64,000 nt of DNA, from assembly GCF_045037415.1 (NCBI RefSeq), contig NZ_CP173440.1, one strand, 5' to 3'. Positions 63,962 through 64,000 of this stretch are shown here, piece after piece. The DNA comes from Escherichia coli (GTDB taxonomy: Bacteria > Pseudomonadota > Gammaproteobacteria > Enterobacterales > Enterobacteriaceae). Under the pieces are notes generated by a model. The model did no database searches, was not told where the DNA came from, and saw only the letters and a program-made list of their open reading frames with translations. Positions within the stretch are counted from its first letter, which is position 1, and each line of letters begins with the position of its first letter. Both the position numbers and the translations under genes were made by a program.

Positions 63962-64000
63962 TATGGCAACACCAGTAGCCAAAACGTATGACTGGAAGCA
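63962..64000 (+). CDS. zur: second copy of the Zur-like regulator gene, 5' end only (runs off the window)
   Basis: ATGGCAACACCAGTAGCCAAAACGTATGACTGGAAGCA matches the start of the 25669 gene with one substitution. Confidence 0.55.

Overview
This 64-kb window is a mosaic accessory region, most likely from an Enterobacterales chromosome or large plasmid (near-canonical IS1, IS2 and IS903 copies). It has three layers. (1) Left edge, 1-10 kb: an island or conjugative-element-like block with the C-terminal part of an SF1 helicase, a secreted lytic transglycosylase, two Dsb-type thiol-disulfide oxidoreductases and unknown ORFs. (2) An IS-rich scaffold: ISL3-family, ISNCY-family, IS2 nested in an IS3-family remnant, an IS630 remnant, IS110-family, IS1, an IS1-like remnant and IS903, plus several pseudogenes. 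(3) The dominant biology is an unusually large zinc-starvation island. At least five copies of a 16-bp Zur-box-like operator (consensus TGTTATGTTATAACAT) sit in front of operons encoding paralogs of zinc enzymes or factors: HemB, a dihydroorotase-like amidohydrolase, an AstE/AspA-like hydrolase, a drastically shortened ThrRS-like protein, a DUF1460-like amidase, a PTPS-like protein, gamma-carbonic-anhydrase-like, FolE2-like, DksA2-like, CysRS and HisI. With them are three to five COG0523 GTPase genes or fragments, two or three Fur-family (Zur-like) regulators, and three candidate metal importers: an FMO-like flavoprotein with a FeoB-like transporter, a Nik/Opp-type ABC importer with an embedded MFS, and a FecCD-type ABC importer. 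The COG0523-zur module is duplicated at about 98-99% identity at the window end. Other signals not explained by genes are a 13-bp palindrome AAAAGT-N-ACTTTT occurring 8 times, a 17-copy 8-bp tandem repeat, homopolymeric tracts of 9-11 nt, and a long inverted repeat in an AT-rich non-coding block. No rRNA, tRNA or CRISPR array was found. All calls rest on reading the supplied ORF translations and the DNA by eye; no database search was run.
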